DNA from: an uncultured Acidobacteriota bacterium
Lineage (GTDB): Bacteria; Acidobacteriota; Terriglobia; UBA7540
Length of the DNA stretch: 64,000 nucleotides
Direction: 5' to 3'
Assembly: GCA_963804995.1 (NCBI GenBank)
Contig: CAWDSK010000006.1
Span: 1,696,001-1,760,000, forward strand
Part shown: positions 30,192 to 40,518 of the stretch, in pieces
How the letters are laid out: the number at the start of each line of letters is the position of its first letter
How positions within the stretch are numbered: the stretch's first letter is position 1
Translations under genes and position numbers: made by a program
The notes under the pieces: generated by a model
Database searches by the model: none
The model's input: only the letters and a program-made list of their open reading frames with translations
What the model was told of the DNA's origin: nothing

Positions 30192-30427
30192 TCGGGGACC
30201 GCCACGGTCAATTCCTCAACGTGCACCAGCCGGTCATCCTGGGGGACAAGCTGGGCATGGGCCAGCATCGACGTGAGATGCTGCTCGATAGCCTGACGGA
30301 TGTTGCGCTTCGCCTCTTCGATGGTTTTGCCGTTGCTGAAGCAGCCGGGAACGTTGGGCGTGTAAGCGAAGTACCCTTCGTCTTCCGCTTCTTTCTCAAT
30401 CACGATCTGAAACGAGTAGAACTTCAT
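30188..30427 (-). CDS. hicB: HicB antitoxin (short form)
   Basis: GYFAYTPNVPGCFSNGKTIEEAKRNIRQAI; GGAG RBS; 4-nt overlap with hicA. Confidence 0.92.
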   Translation of the reverse strand: MKFYSFQIVIEKEAEDEGYFAYTPNVPGCFSNGKTIEEAKRNIRQAIEQHLTSMLAHAQLVPQDDRLVHVEELTVAVPE

Positions 30428-30481
30428 CGCTGTCTCCTCCGGCCGCTTTGCCAATCCCCAGAGTCCTGGCCGCTGCTTCCA

Positions 30482-30520
30482 TTATGCGGCAAGAATCCAC
30501 TCCTTAGCGGTGCCTTTCAT
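30482..30520 (-). pseudogene. Possible N-terminal stub of a HEPN gene
   Basis: MKGTAKEWILAA-stop overlapping the MNT stop, where a HEPN partner normally starts. Confidence 0.45.
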
Positions 30521-30821
30521 AGAGCACCTTTCCGCGGTCCAGGGCCTCTCGGATCAGGGGATCGCCCTCCTCGTACCGGCGGGCGGTATCCTCCGGACGG
30601 CGCGCCACGATATCAACGGAGAAGTCCGGGTCAACGCGGTTCAGGATTTCCAAGGACTTCCGAAAGCCCTTGCCGTCAAAAACCAAAACCACCAGAAGGT
30701 CCACGTCGGAGTCCGGCCGCGGCTTGCCGTAGGCATAAGAACCAAAAAGGATGATTCGCTCCGGCTGGAACTCGCGGGCAATCCTTTCGCCCAGGTCGAC
30801 AATCCTTTTCTCGTCAATCAT
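30504..30821 (-). CDS. Minimal nucleotidyltransferase (MNT)
   Basis: ILFGSYAYG...DSDVDLLVV, GKVLYE. Confidence 0.9.
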   Translation of the reverse strand: MIDEKRIVDLGERIAREFQPERIILFGSYAYGKPRPDSDVDLLVVLVFDGKGFRKSLEILNRVDPDFSVDIVARRPEDTARRYEEGDPLIREALDRGKVLYERHR

Positions 30822-31026
30822 CAGCTTCTTCCCATTGATTCAACCTGCCGCTCGTTCGGGAAACGACACGGGCGATTATAGCAGGAACAACTGTGTAGGG
30901 CCGAACGGCGTTCGATTGCGAGGGACACGTCATGGCGCAAGGCTGTTCCAATTGCGATAGATTGGATGTACATTGACCCATGAATGCGCCACCAAAACAA
31001 AGATTTCATCTTCCCTCGCCCCCTTG

Positions 31027-31125
31027 GGGGCGGTCTCACAACTGGCAAATTCACGGTTTTTACGACGAATAATCAATAACTTACGCTGTGCAAAAGTCAG
31101 AAATACCTAGTTTTGAGACAGCCTC
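31027..31125. mobile_element. MITE inserted in a CCCTC..GAGGG palindrome
   Basis: TIRs GGGGCGGTCTCACAAC / GTTTTGAGACAGCCTC; CTTG duplicated at 31023-31026 and 31126-31129. Confidence 0.7.
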
Positions 31126-31356
31126 CTTGGGGGAGGGGGGACCGCAAGGCGGAGGGGGCCCCACGTTTTGCAGGTCGTGGGGGTGAGGGGGTTAGTGCCA
31201 ACCGGAATGCTCTGAGTTAAGTTAGTACCACACGCCACGGCATGGACCCCCTCACCCGTCCCGCCCCGGCTGGTGAATGCGCCGGTCGCGGGCCACCCTC
31301 TCCCCCAAGGGGGCGAAGGGAGTAAATTCATCTCCGCCCTACGCGGAGCAGAGCCC

Positions 31357-33753
31357 CTATGCCGCAAATATTCTTTCCTTGGTTTCGCGCAGGACATCGG
31401 CCGGGTTGCCGATTACGCGCAGAGCGGCCAATCCCCCCGCTCCCCGAACGTCCGACATTTCGAAAACGTGCGGATTCTCCAGGGCGTCGGTCCCACCCTG
31501 TGCGAATTGGGCGGCCAGGGTTCGGAGAGTTCCTGAGGCTGCCGGGGGAAGGCTCTTCAGCCAGTCTTCATGCTTATACCCGAACGCCTCAGCCCGCTCC
31601 GGACAGGTCCGAGGGTTCAAGCCATAACCCAATTCTCCCAACACATCGTAGAGGTCATAATCCGTCATATCCTGAAGTTGGCGTACCAAGTAAGGCGAAC
31701 GGCCCGCGTCAGGTAGGTGACCCATCATCTCGCGCCGCTCTCGGGGTTCAATCCACCGGGCGCGGAAGGCTTCAAGCGTGGGCGCTTCTTCTACCAGTTT
31801 CGCCGCCAAGCGTTCCTTGTATTCTTCCAGGGTGACGGGTGTAGCCTTGCCGTCCACCGAAGTCAGGATATATGTCCCGGCCTCGCTCACGCGCACTTCA
31901 AATCCTTCCGCCAGGATGGTCCGCTCGGGCGGAGGTGGCGGCTCGGGTCCCTCCTTGCGCTCGCGGGGGGGAGTGGCCCTAGTGATGAAGTCCTCTCCAA
32001 AAAGGCGGGTGGCGTCCGTGTAGTCGTAAACGCGAAACATTAGCTTGCCACTCGGGGGGTCGATTCGCGTCCCCCGGCCCACCATCTGGTAAAAAGCGAT
32101 CGGGGACCCAACGTACTTGAAGAAAACAATATTCCGAACTACGGGCACGTCCACGCCTGTGGTGAGCAGATCAACGGTGGTGGCAATAAAGTGGTGGCGC
32201 GAACCGCCGCGCAGGTCGGCAATATAATCGGCGCCGCCCGCTAAATACGTACACTTGAAGGCATAGAAATCCGAGCGGGGCCTTCCATTCTTGGAGCACC
32301 AATCGGCATAGAGGTTATTCAGCGCCGCAGCCACGTCATCGGCATGGCGGTCGCGGGCGCAAAAGATGATGGTCTTTTGTTCCGGCCCGCCGGTACGAAG
32401 GAATTGCTCGAAAAGGTGGTGCGCCATCGCGGCCACACGGTCCGGCATCAAAAGCCGGTCCTCTATCGCCTCCGCAGAGTAATACTCGCGCGCCTCCGCA
32501 AGAGAGATTTCTTCCCCAGTGTCGGCGTCGACGAGAAGCTTCCCGGCCAAATCCACGTGAGCCACGCCGCTGAGGCGCTCATTCACGGGCTTGTTATCAT
32601 GGAAAAGATCGAATTTCTCGATTTCGCAAGCCGCGAGATAGCCGTCTTCGATGCCTTGGGCCATATCGTATTCGTAAACAGGCTCGCCGAAATGACGAAG
32701 ATTGTCGGCGGTTAGGGCGGCGTCAGCCTCAGCCGCTTTGCTCTTTTCGGTGATCTTGAGCTGGCGCGGCGTGGCGGTGAGGCCAACTTGAACTGCGTTC
32801 GAGTTTCGAGTGAGAACCTGGGACCACTTGCCCCACGCGGAGCGGTGGCATTCATCAATCACAATGTGGCTGAAGTAGTTTTCGGGATAATGGCGTGATA
32901 GGAAGTTGGCCGTGCCCTCTTCGTCAGCAACATCGAGGGTCTGATACGTGGCCACGTGGATGCGCGCATTCTTGGCGTGGTTTCTTCCCTCGCGGTCTTC
33001 GTAAACTTCGGCAGCATCGGCTCCGAAAAGATTCTGGAGATGTCCCAGGGCCTGGCGGCGAAGCTCGTCTCGATCACAGACAAACAAAGCTCGCTTGAGC
33101 CGGCCGGCATCGGCAATGCGCCGGAGAAGGTGGACAGCAATGAAGGTCTTGCCGGAGCCTGTCGCCAATGAAAGCAGGGCGCGCTGGGGTTGTGCGGTCT
33201 TCTCTGAGCGAGCCATCTTTTCGAATACGGCACGAATGGCGGCATCCTGGTAATACCGTCGCGTTCCCTCTCCATGAGGATACCGGGCAAGCAAGGGCGC
33301 AGCAGCAGGCTCGTCGAGGGTGAATCCCATCCTCTGCTCGTAACGATTGCGCAGGTCGGCAGGTGTGGGGAATTCACTCAGGGGGCAGGGCGATGACGTG
33401 TGCCCGGTAAACCGGTCGTATTCGACGAAGAGATGGCCATTGGTTGAAAAAACGAAAGGCACATTGAGGCGCTTCGATGCGGCGTAGAGCTTGGCCTGCT
33501 CTAAGCCATGATTAGGTGGCAAGTCCTCGGCCTTTGCCTCGATCAGCGCCAGTGCAACGGGCTGGCTCTCCGTGTTCACTTTCACGCGAAGCGTATAGTC
33601 CACTCGGCCCTTGGCTCGCCGGCGGGGCTGGCCATTGATAATCTCGATGGCTCCCGCCGTCTCTTCGCGACAGATAAGGTCCTCAGTCCAGCCACGGGTG
33701 TGTATGGCAGGATCAATCAGCTTGGCGCGAGTGTCGGATTCGTTGAGGCCCAA
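31357..33753 (-). CDS. hsdR: Type I R-M restriction subunit (EcoEI/EcoAI-like)
   Basis: NESDTR, D...IEAK nuclease motif, ATGSGKT, DECHRS, QMVGRGTR. Confidence 0.93.
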   Translation of the reverse strand: MGLNESDTRAKLIDPAIHTRGWTEDLICREETAGAIEIINGQPRRRAKGRVDYTLRVKVNTESQPVALALIEAKAEDLPPNHGLEQAKLYAASKRLNVPFVFSTNGHLFVEYDRFTGHTSSPCPLSEFPTPADLRNRYEQRMGFTLDEPAAAPLLARYPHGEGTRRYYQDAAIRAVFEKMARSEKTAQPQRALLSLATGSGKTFIAVHLLRRIADAGRLKRALFVCDRDELRRQALGHLQNLFGADAAEVYEDREGRNHAKNARIHVATYQTLDVADEEGTANFLSRHYPENYFSHIVIDECHRSAWGKWSQVLTRNSNAVQVGLTATPRQLKITEKSKAAEADAALTADNLRHFGEPVYEYDMAQGIEDGYLAACEIEKFDLFHDNKPVNERLSGVAHVDLAGKLLVDADTGEEISLAEAREYYSAEAIEDRLLMPDRVAAMAHHLFEQFLRTGGPEQKTIIFCARDRHADDVAAALNNLYADWCSKNGRPRSDFYAFKCTYLAGGADYIADLRGGSRHHFIATTVDLLTTGVDVPVVRNIVFFKYVGSPIAFYQMVGRGTRIDPPSGKLMFRVYDYTDATRLFGEDFITRATPPRERKEGPEPPPPPERTILAEGFEVRVSEAGTYILTSVDGKATPVTLEEYKERLAAKLVEEAPTLEAFRARWIEPRERREMMGHLPDAGRSPYLVRQLQDMTDYDLYDVLGELGYGLNPRTCPERAEAFGYKHEDWLKSLPPAASGTLRTLAAQFAQGGTDALENPHVFEMSDVRGAGGLAALRVIGNPADVLRETKERIFAA

Positions 33754-34080
33754 GACCCCCTACCAGGTATCCTAGTTTCCTTGGGTTTGTGACGTACCGG
33801 CGGCCATTGTACCTGAGAAGCAGGCGCGGAGTTGTCTTTTAACTCACTGGTTCATGGCTTTCCCCATAAAGGGCCGCAAATGTTAAGGACAAGTCGGCGC
33901 TCGGAGAGCGCCGCTTCAGGAACGAATCGCGGGTGGGGACACCCGCGCTACAACCCGCGCCTTCAGGCCCAGAGGATTTTGAGGGCAGTGCCCCCGCGCT
34001 CGAAGTCCCCTGGTCAGCAAGCACTGAGCATTAGCCCAGCACGTGCCGACCTAAAGGTCGGCGCTACAATCGCTGGCGCA

Positions 34081-34128
34081 CTACAATTTCCCGTCTTTCT
34101 TACTCCGCAAGATGTAGACGTACCACAT
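34081..34128 (-). pseudogene. GIY-YIG nuclease N-terminal stub
   Basis: MWYVYILRSKKDGKL-stop just downstream of the tRNA. Confidence 0.6.
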
Positions 34129-34164
34129 AAAGGATGGCCTGCCGTCCGGAGCTTTAGCGTAGGA

Positions 34165-34258
34165 TGGCGGAGAGGGTGGGATTCGAACCCACGTGCCCGC
34201 TTTTGGCAGGCAAGACGCTTTCGAGGCGCCCCCGTTATGACCACTTCGGTACCTCTCC
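34165..34258 (-). tRNA. tRNA-Ser (anticodon CGA)
   Basis: GGAGAGG acceptor stem, loop CTCGAAA, long variable arm, GTTCGAATC T-loop, encoded CCA. Confidence 0.95.
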
Positions 34259-34302
34259 GACAAAAACCGGGACACGGGATATGGGGCACGGGTATCGAGG
34301 CG

Positions 34303-34824
34303 TCATCTGTCGTGTCCCGTATCCCGTATCCCGTTTCCCGACTTATTTCTCCTCTTTCGGAAAAAGTCCTGAATAACTGAGGCACAATCGGCCGCCAAGA
34401 TGCCGCCCGCTACTTCCACCATATGATTAAGCTTCCGGTGATTTAGCACCCGAAGCGCTGACCCGCACGCTCCGGCTTTGGGATCGCGGGCGCCGTACAC
34501 TACGCGCGCGAGCCGCGCCTGCACGATGGCGCCTGCGCACATCGCACACGGTTCGATTGTAACATACAGGTCGCAGCCCTCCATCCGGTAGTTGCCCAGC
34601 CGTCGGGAGGCACGCCGCAAGGCCAGAATTTCTGCGTGCGCGGTAGGGTCCTTGAGATGGAGGGGCCGATTATGGGCGCGCGCCAGCACCCGTCCCTCGC
34701 GGACCAGGACTGCTCCCACGGGAACTTCCTCTTCCCGGGCAGCGCGCTTCGCTTCACCGAGGGCCAGGCGCATAAAACGCTCGTCCTCCGCCCGGCGCGA
34801 GACTTTAGTAATCCTCGGTGGCAT
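34303..34824 (-). CDS. tadA: tRNA adenosine(34) deaminase
   Basis: EVPVGAV, TAHAEI, EPCAMCAGA, DPKAGA; start approximate. Confidence 0.92.
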   Translation of the reverse strand: MPPRITKVSRRAEDERFMRLALGEAKRAAREEEVPVGAVLVREGRVLARAHNRPLHLKDPTAHAEILALRRASRRLGNYRMEGCDLYVTIEPCAMCAGAIVQARLARVVYGARDPKAGACGSALRVLNHRKLNHMVEVAGGILAADCASVIQDFFRKRRNKSGNGIRDTGHDR

Positions 34825-34967
34825 GCCCCTTATCGTAGCACGCGCGCCCAGGCCGCCCCAGGCCAAGAGTTATGGGCCGAAGCCGAAATGTCCTCAACGA
34901 AGATTTTCTGTTGCACCTGGGTGCCGAGTGGTGTAGTAATGGCTCGCCGAAACTAAATACAGGAGAG

Positions 34968-35849
34968 ATGATTGCAATGATCAACCGACGAGAATTCTTG
35001 CGGAACAGCGCGCTGGGCGTCACCGCGGCTGCGGCTACGACTGGCATGGGGGACCAGCTTCTTGCCAATCCTCTGGGCAAACCGGTCGGGCTCCAGCTTT
35101 ATACACTGCGCGATGAGCTCCAGAAAGACATGTTGGGTACCCTCAAACAAGTCGCGGCGATTGGCATCAAGGAAGTGGAGACCTACGACCTCTACGGCAA
35201 GACCGCCGCGCAATTTGCCAAGATCCTGAAGGATAATGGCCTCACCGCTCCCAGCGGGCATTACATGACCAAGCATCTGCGCGGGAACTGGGAAAAGGAA
35301 ATCGAGAACTCCAAGATCATCGGGATGAAATACATGGTCAACGCGATTCTCAAGGATGAGGAACACAAAACCTTCGACAACTACAAGCGTCTGGCCGAGC
35401 TTTTCAATAAGGCCGGCGAGCAAACCCAGAAGGCGGGTATTCAATACTGCTACCACAATCACAACTTCGAATTCCAAAAATACGGCGACACCACGGCGTA
35501 TGATTACCTTCTCAAAGCGCTGGACCCGAAACTCGTCAAATTTGAAATGGATTGTTTCTGGGTGACGCACGCCGGTCAGGATCCGGTGGCCTACTTCAAG
35601 AAATACCCCGGGCGCTTCCCGCTACTCCACATCAAGGACATGACGGACCATCCCGCCCCGACGGTGGTGAAGGACGATAAGCTGGGTATGTTCGCCCCCG
35701 TGGGTCACGGCACCATTGACTGGAAACGCATCTTCGCGGCCGCGCCCACCGGAGGGATGACGCACTTCTTCATCGAACAGGACTTTTGCCAGCAGCCACC
35801 GCTTGAAGCGGTGAAAATGAGCTACGTGTATTTGCACGGCTTGACCTAA
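34968..35849 (+). CDS. Tat-exported sugar phosphate isomerase/epimerase (TIM barrel)
   Basis: NRREFL Tat motif; GLQLYTLR, YHNH, EMDCFW, HIKD. Confidence 0.9.
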   Translation: MIAMINRREFLRNSALGVTAAAATTGMGDQLLANPLGKPVGLQLYTLRDELQKDMLGTLKQVAAIGIKEVETYDLYGKTAAQFAKILKDNGLTAPSGHYMTKHLRGNWEKEIENSKIIGMKYMVNAILKDEEHKTFDNYKRLAELFNKAGEQTQKAGIQYCYHNHNFEFQKYGDTTAYDYLLKALDPKLVKFEMDCFWVTHAGQDPVAYFKKYPGRFPLLHIKDMTDHPAPTVVKDDKLGMFAPVGHGTIDWKRIFAAAPTGGMTHFFIEQDFCQQPPLEAVKMSYVYLHGLT

Positions 35850-35878
35850 AGCTCTTCACCCCATGCGCCAGTTCCACC

Positions 35879-35912
35879 GGAGGCGGCCGGCAAGCCATCT
35901 GTGCCCGCCTCC
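35879..35912. terminator. Hairpin between convergent genes
   Basis: GGAGGCGG...CCGCCTCC stem; no clear U-tract. Confidence 0.3.
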
Positions 35913-36000
35913 ATTGGCTGGTTTCCTACCCATTGGGATGAGTCAGAGATAAATCGCATCAGGATTCGTGCGGCTGGCCGTGCGGGGGTCGAGGGCTTCC

Positions 36001-36924
36001 CTACGAGCCAGAGCGGAGCCGTGCGGTATGTTCTTGCAGTTCCTTTTGCAGGAGGTCCCGGTATTCTTTAAGCCCGGCCTCGGCGGCGCGGTTCATGGAT
36101 TCGACAACCGAGTGCACCAGGGTGGTGAGCTGCTGCCGCGCTTCTTCGACCTGCGCGGGGGTCCTTGGCACACCTCCCTGGAGGGATTGCAGGCCGTCTC
36201 GCAACTCTTCAATCTGTATCTCCAACCTTTTGATTTCATCGAATGCGGCGTTCAAGCGCTCGCCCAGCAACCGAATGTGCTGGTCCAAAGGGTTCGCCTC
36301 TGGTTCCTTCGCAGGGGCCGCATGTGCGCGCACATCGGCTTCCAACTCCAAGCCAATTTGCTCTTTAATTTTTTCAAGCCGTTCCCGGAATGAGTGGATT
36401 TGCGCTTCTGCGAATTGCTCGATTTGTTGAAGTATTCGCGAGGTGATTTCCTGGGCGGCGCGCTCAGACAGGCCAGCGGGAGACTCGCCAAGCGCGGTGG
36501 AAACGGGCGTGCCGATATTGCCGGCCGTGTGCGCAGGACCGGGAGCAGGAGTTCGGGACGCTTGCCCTTCTTCTTCGCCCCCCTTGAGGGTCCAGTCATC
36601 CGGAGGGAATTCGATACCCCAGATGTCTTGCGCCTCAACCAACTGAAGTCCCACTTGATAAAGGTCTTTCGATGTGCGCCTGGTGCCCAACCACACGACC
36701 TTGGCTTTCGCCATATTCCCCTGGGTCTTGTTTTCGAGCAGGACCTCCTTGCCCATTGCAAGTTGGTGAGCTGTCAAAATCTTAGCTCCGTGTTTGCTGA
36801 TAAGTACGGTCCGAACATTCTCCTTGAATTCCCGTCCCTCAGCATCCTTGCCCGAGATCACGATAGGAATGGAGATGAAGAGGCGAGCGCTGCGACGGTC
36901 CCCTGCCAGATTCTTGTCGTTCAT
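36001..36924 (-). CDS. PilZ-domain protein with coiled-coil C-terminus
   Basis: RRSARL...ISKHGA PilZ motifs; WGIEFPPDDW. Confidence 0.8.
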   Translation of the reverse strand: MNDKNLAGDRRSARLFISIPIVISGKDAEGREFKENVRTVLISKHGAKILTAHQLAMGKEVLLENKTQGNMAKAKVVWLGTRRTSKDLYQVGLQLVEAQDIWGIEFPPDDWTLKGGEEEGQASRTPAPGPAHTAGNIGTPVSTALGESPAGLSERAAQEITSRILQQIEQFAEAQIHSFRERLEKIKEQIGLELEADVRAHAAPAKEPEANPLDQHIRLLGERLNAAFDEIKRLEIQIEELRDGLQSLQGGVPRTPAQVEEARQQLTTLVHSVVESMNRAAEAGLKEYRDLLQKELQEHTARLRSGS

Positions 36925-37136
36925 ATCAGGATGCCGCCATCCGGAGTAACGGTGCGATTATAGAAGAGAGACCGGAGGAGGACAACTAAAACACGGCATT
37001 CGGTAGTGACTCATTTTGATACAACTGAAACGCAACATTTTTCCGGGTTGATAACCTGGCCGGATGTGGCCGCCCACCCTCTGTCCGCAGGTTTAACGCA
37101 CGGGATATGATGTTGCCCCCTTCGGGAAACAAGGAG

Positions 37137-38720
37137 CTAGTGCGCAGCCATGGGGCCGGCGCCGTGGGGCTTGGCAGTCTTCATGAGGAACATGAAGGGA
37201 ATGAGGGCGAGGAAGGTCATGCCCAGCAGCCAATAGGCGTCCACGTATGCGAGCATGTTGGCTTGGCGAACCAGGTTGCCGTAAAGCATACCCTGCGCCT
37301 GGAGGTTGGCGAGCGTGAGGTTCGATCCGTGGGTCATCAGCATTTGCTGGGCGCCCTGCGTGGCGTTGCGATAAGGGGCGTCAAAAGGAGTAAGATGCGC
37401 CACCAAAATGGCTTGGTGTACCTGCGCGCGGCGGGAAAGCAGGGTGGCAACATTGGCGATTCCCACGCTGCCCCCGATGTTGCGTGCCAGATTGATGAGG
37501 CCCGTGGCGTTGTTCATCTTTTCTTTGGGGATAAAGTAGAACGCCATCACGTTGGTGGGTATAAACAGGAATGCCATGCCGATGCGGGAAAAAGTCCAGG
37601 CCCTGACGGCAGTCCAGAAATCAATATCCAGATTGAAGCTCAACATGTGCAGGAGCGCAAAACCGGTGATCGCGAGCCCGGTCGCCACCAGCCACCGCGC
37701 TTCGACCTTCTGGGTTAGGCGCCCGACCAGGGGCAAGGCCAGCAAGGTGAATAAACTTCCCGGGGAAAGCACCAGCCCGCTGAGCAGGGCGGTGTAACCC
37801 ATGAGCGTTTGTAACATGAGGGGCAGAAGTACGGTGCTGCCGTAAAGTACAAAGCCGAGCATGAACATGGTGAGGGTAGCGAGGAAAAAGTTCCGGTCCT
37901 TCAACATGCGGAAATCCACAATGGGATCTTCACGTGTGAGTTCCCAGAGCAGCGCGCCGATCAGCCCCACACCGGCAACGATGCTGCACCCGATGATGAA
38001 GTTCGAGCCGAACCAGTCTTCGCGCTCGCCCTTGTCGAGAACCACCTGGAGAAAACCCAGGCCCACGGTCAGCAACCCCAGCCCGATATAGTCAATGCGC
38101 AGGCCCCGCAGGCTTTTGCGCACCAGGTAGGGCGGGTCGAAGATGATGAACGAAGTCATTAAGACGGAGAGCATGCCCACGGGGATATTAATGAAAAAGA
38201 TCCATCGCCAGGAGTAGCTATCGGTAATCCAACCACCCAGAGTGGGACCGATAATGGGCGCTACAACCACGCCCATACCATAAAATGCCATCGCCATGCC
38301 TTGCTTTTCCTTGGGAAAGCTTTCCACCAGAATCGCTTGCGAGACGGGTTGCAGCGCCCCGCCACCCGCGCCCTGCAGAATGCGGAAAAGAACCAGCAGG
38401 CCGAGGCTGGGGGCCATGCCGCATAGGAATGAACTGATCGTGAAGATGACGACACAGGTCATATAGAAACGCTTGCGTCCGAAGACCGAAGACAACCAAC
38501 CCGTGAGTGGCAACACAATGGCGTTGGAAACAAGGTAGGAGGTGAGCACCCAGGTGCTCTCGTCGACGCCAGCGGAAAGGTCACCCGCGATGTGGGGCAA
38601 CGCCACGTTGGCCACACTGGTGTCCAGCACTTCCATGAAGGTGGCGAGCATCACCGTCATGGCGATAATCCAGGGATTGATCTCACCCTTCTCGCGCGTG
38701 CGTGTGAAAATGTCGTGCAT
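37137..38720 (-). CDS. emrB: DHA2 MFS efflux permease (EmrB-like), copy 2
   Basis: EVLDTSVANVALPHIAG, WVLTSYLVSNA, WRWIFFINIP. Confidence 0.93.
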   Translation of the reverse strand: MHDIFTRTREKGEINPWIIAMTVMLATFMEVLDTSVANVALPHIAGDLSAGVDESTWVLTSYLVSNAIVLPLTGWLSSVFGRKRFYMTCVVIFTISSFLCGMAPSLGLLVLFRILQGAGGGALQPVSQAILVESFPKEKQGMAMAFYGMGVVVAPIIGPTLGGWITDSYSWRWIFFINIPVGMLSVLMTSFIIFDPPYLVRKSLRGLRIDYIGLGLLTVGLGFLQVVLDKGEREDWFGSNFIIGCSIVAGVGLIGALLWELTREDPIVDFRMLKDRNFFLATLTMFMLGFVLYGSTVLLPLMLQTLMGYTALLSGLVLSPGSLFTLLALPLVGRLTQKVEARWLVATGLAITGFALLHMLSFNLDIDFWTAVRAWTFSRIGMAFLFIPTNVMAFYFIPKEKMNNATGLINLARNIGGSVGIANVATLLSRRAQVHQAILVAHLTPFDAPYRNATQGAQQMLMTHGSNLTLANLQAQGMLYGNLVRQANMLAYVDAYWLLGMTFLALIPFMFLMKTAKPHGAGPMAAH

Positions 38721-38845
38721 AAACTTTTCTGGACCCGCGGCAGTTCGGGAACTGCACGGGATCGATTTGGGACGAGCAGCAGCCCGCCCTTCTCTTCTCC
38801 ACAACACTATGTCTTATCGAGAACCCTGAGCCTGCTTACTTAACT

Positions 38846-40479
38846 TCACGGAATTTTTCCATCCGAACGTCGCGAATAATCAGTATACCTGACCCGCTCA
38901 GATCTTCCCCCGGGCGCCTGGTGCGGCCGGCCCTTCTTCATCAAGAACATCAGCGGAATCAAGGCCAGGAAAGTAAGACCCATCAACCAGAAGTCATCAA
39001 CGAAGGCGAGCATGGTGGCGTGGCGCTGGAGCAACCCATAGGCCAGTCCATCCGCTTGTGCGCCGGCGATAACGGGATCTGAGCCAGTCGTAAAGAAGAG
39101 CTGGCGGGCGCCATTCACCATCGCCTGGTAAGCCGGATTGAGCGGCGTTAAATAGCCGACCAACACGTTTTGATGAAACTGGCTGCGGCGCGCCAGCAAC
39201 GTCATGACATTGGCAATCCCAAAGCTTCCCCCGATGTTTCGTGCCAGGTTGATAATCCCTGTGGCATTATTGAATTTCTCTGAGGGATAAAGTAAAACGC
39301 CATAACGTTAATGGGCACAAAGAGAAAGGCCATCCCCGCGGACTGATAAATTCTTGCCATCATGGCGGTGCGAAAGTCGATTTCGAGATTGAAGGTCGCC
39401 ATGTGAAACAAGGATAGAGCCACGATCAACACCCCGCAGACTACCAGCCAGCGCGCCTCAAATCGAGTGAGCAGCTTGCCTACGATGGGCAGCGTGATGA
39501 GTACCAGCAATCCCCCCGGGGAAAGCACCAGCCCGCTTAGCAGCGCCGTGTAGCCGAGCAGAGTTTGAAGAAAGATAGGGAGCAATGCGGTACTGCCGTA
39601 AAGGACAAACCCCAAGACGAACATGGTCACGGTGCCGAGGAAGAAATTCCGGTCGCGCAGAAGCCGGAAGTCGACGATGGGCTCTTTGCGCGTGAGTTCC
39701 CAGATCAGGGCCGCGACCAAGCCACCCGCCGCCACTACCGCACAGGCCACGATGAAGTGCGATTCGAACCAGTCGTCACGCTGTCCCTTATCCAGAACGA
39801 CTTGCAGGAATCCCAAGCCCACGCTCAGCAAGCCCAGACCAATGAAGTCGATATGGGTTCCCGCTTTCCAACCTTTACGCGCCAGGAACGGCGGGTCAGA
39901 AATCAGGAAGTAAGTAAGGGCCAGCGAAACCACTCCCACCGGAACGTTGATCAGGAAAATCCACCGCCAACTGTAACTGTCGGTAAGCCAGCCACCCAGG
40001 GTCGGGCCGATGATGGGGGCCAGCACCACTCCCATGCCGAAAATTGCCATCGCCATGCCCTGCTTGTGCTTCGGAAAGCTCTCCAGCAGAATGGCCTGTG
40101 AGATAGGCTGCAAAGCGCCGCCCCCCGCGCCTTGCAGGATACGGAAAAACACCAGCAAAGGAAGACTGGGTGCGAGCCCGCAGAGCATCGAGCTGATTGT
40201 GAAGATGGCAACACAAGTCATGTAGAAACGCTTCCGCCCAAAGAGCGAGGAGAACCAGCCGGTGAGCGGCAGCACAATGGCGTTTGAAACCAGATAAGAG
40301 GTCAGCACCCAGGTGCTTTCGTCGACGCCCGCCGAGAGATTGCCCGCAATGTGCGGCAACGAAACGTTGGCCACACTGGTGTCGAGCACTTCCATGAAGA
40401 CCGCCAGCATTACAGTGAAGGCAATCAGCCACGGGTGGGTTTCACCGTTTTGTCGAGCGCGCTGAACAAGGTCTTTCAT
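38846..40479 (-). CDS. emrB: DHA2 MFS efflux permease (EmrB-like), copy 1, frameshift near 39280
   Basis: Paralog of 37137..38720; frame lost after FYFIPQ, resumes in the 38846..39205 frame. Confidence 0.85.
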
Positions 40480-40518
40480 CGCGTACCCTTAGCCCCCAAC
40501 GACTTATGCAAAGCTGCT

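Noticed and set aside
26752..34258. Integrative element or prophage at tRNA-Ser
   Set aside because: No integrase and no duplicated tRNA 3' end found in the window by eye
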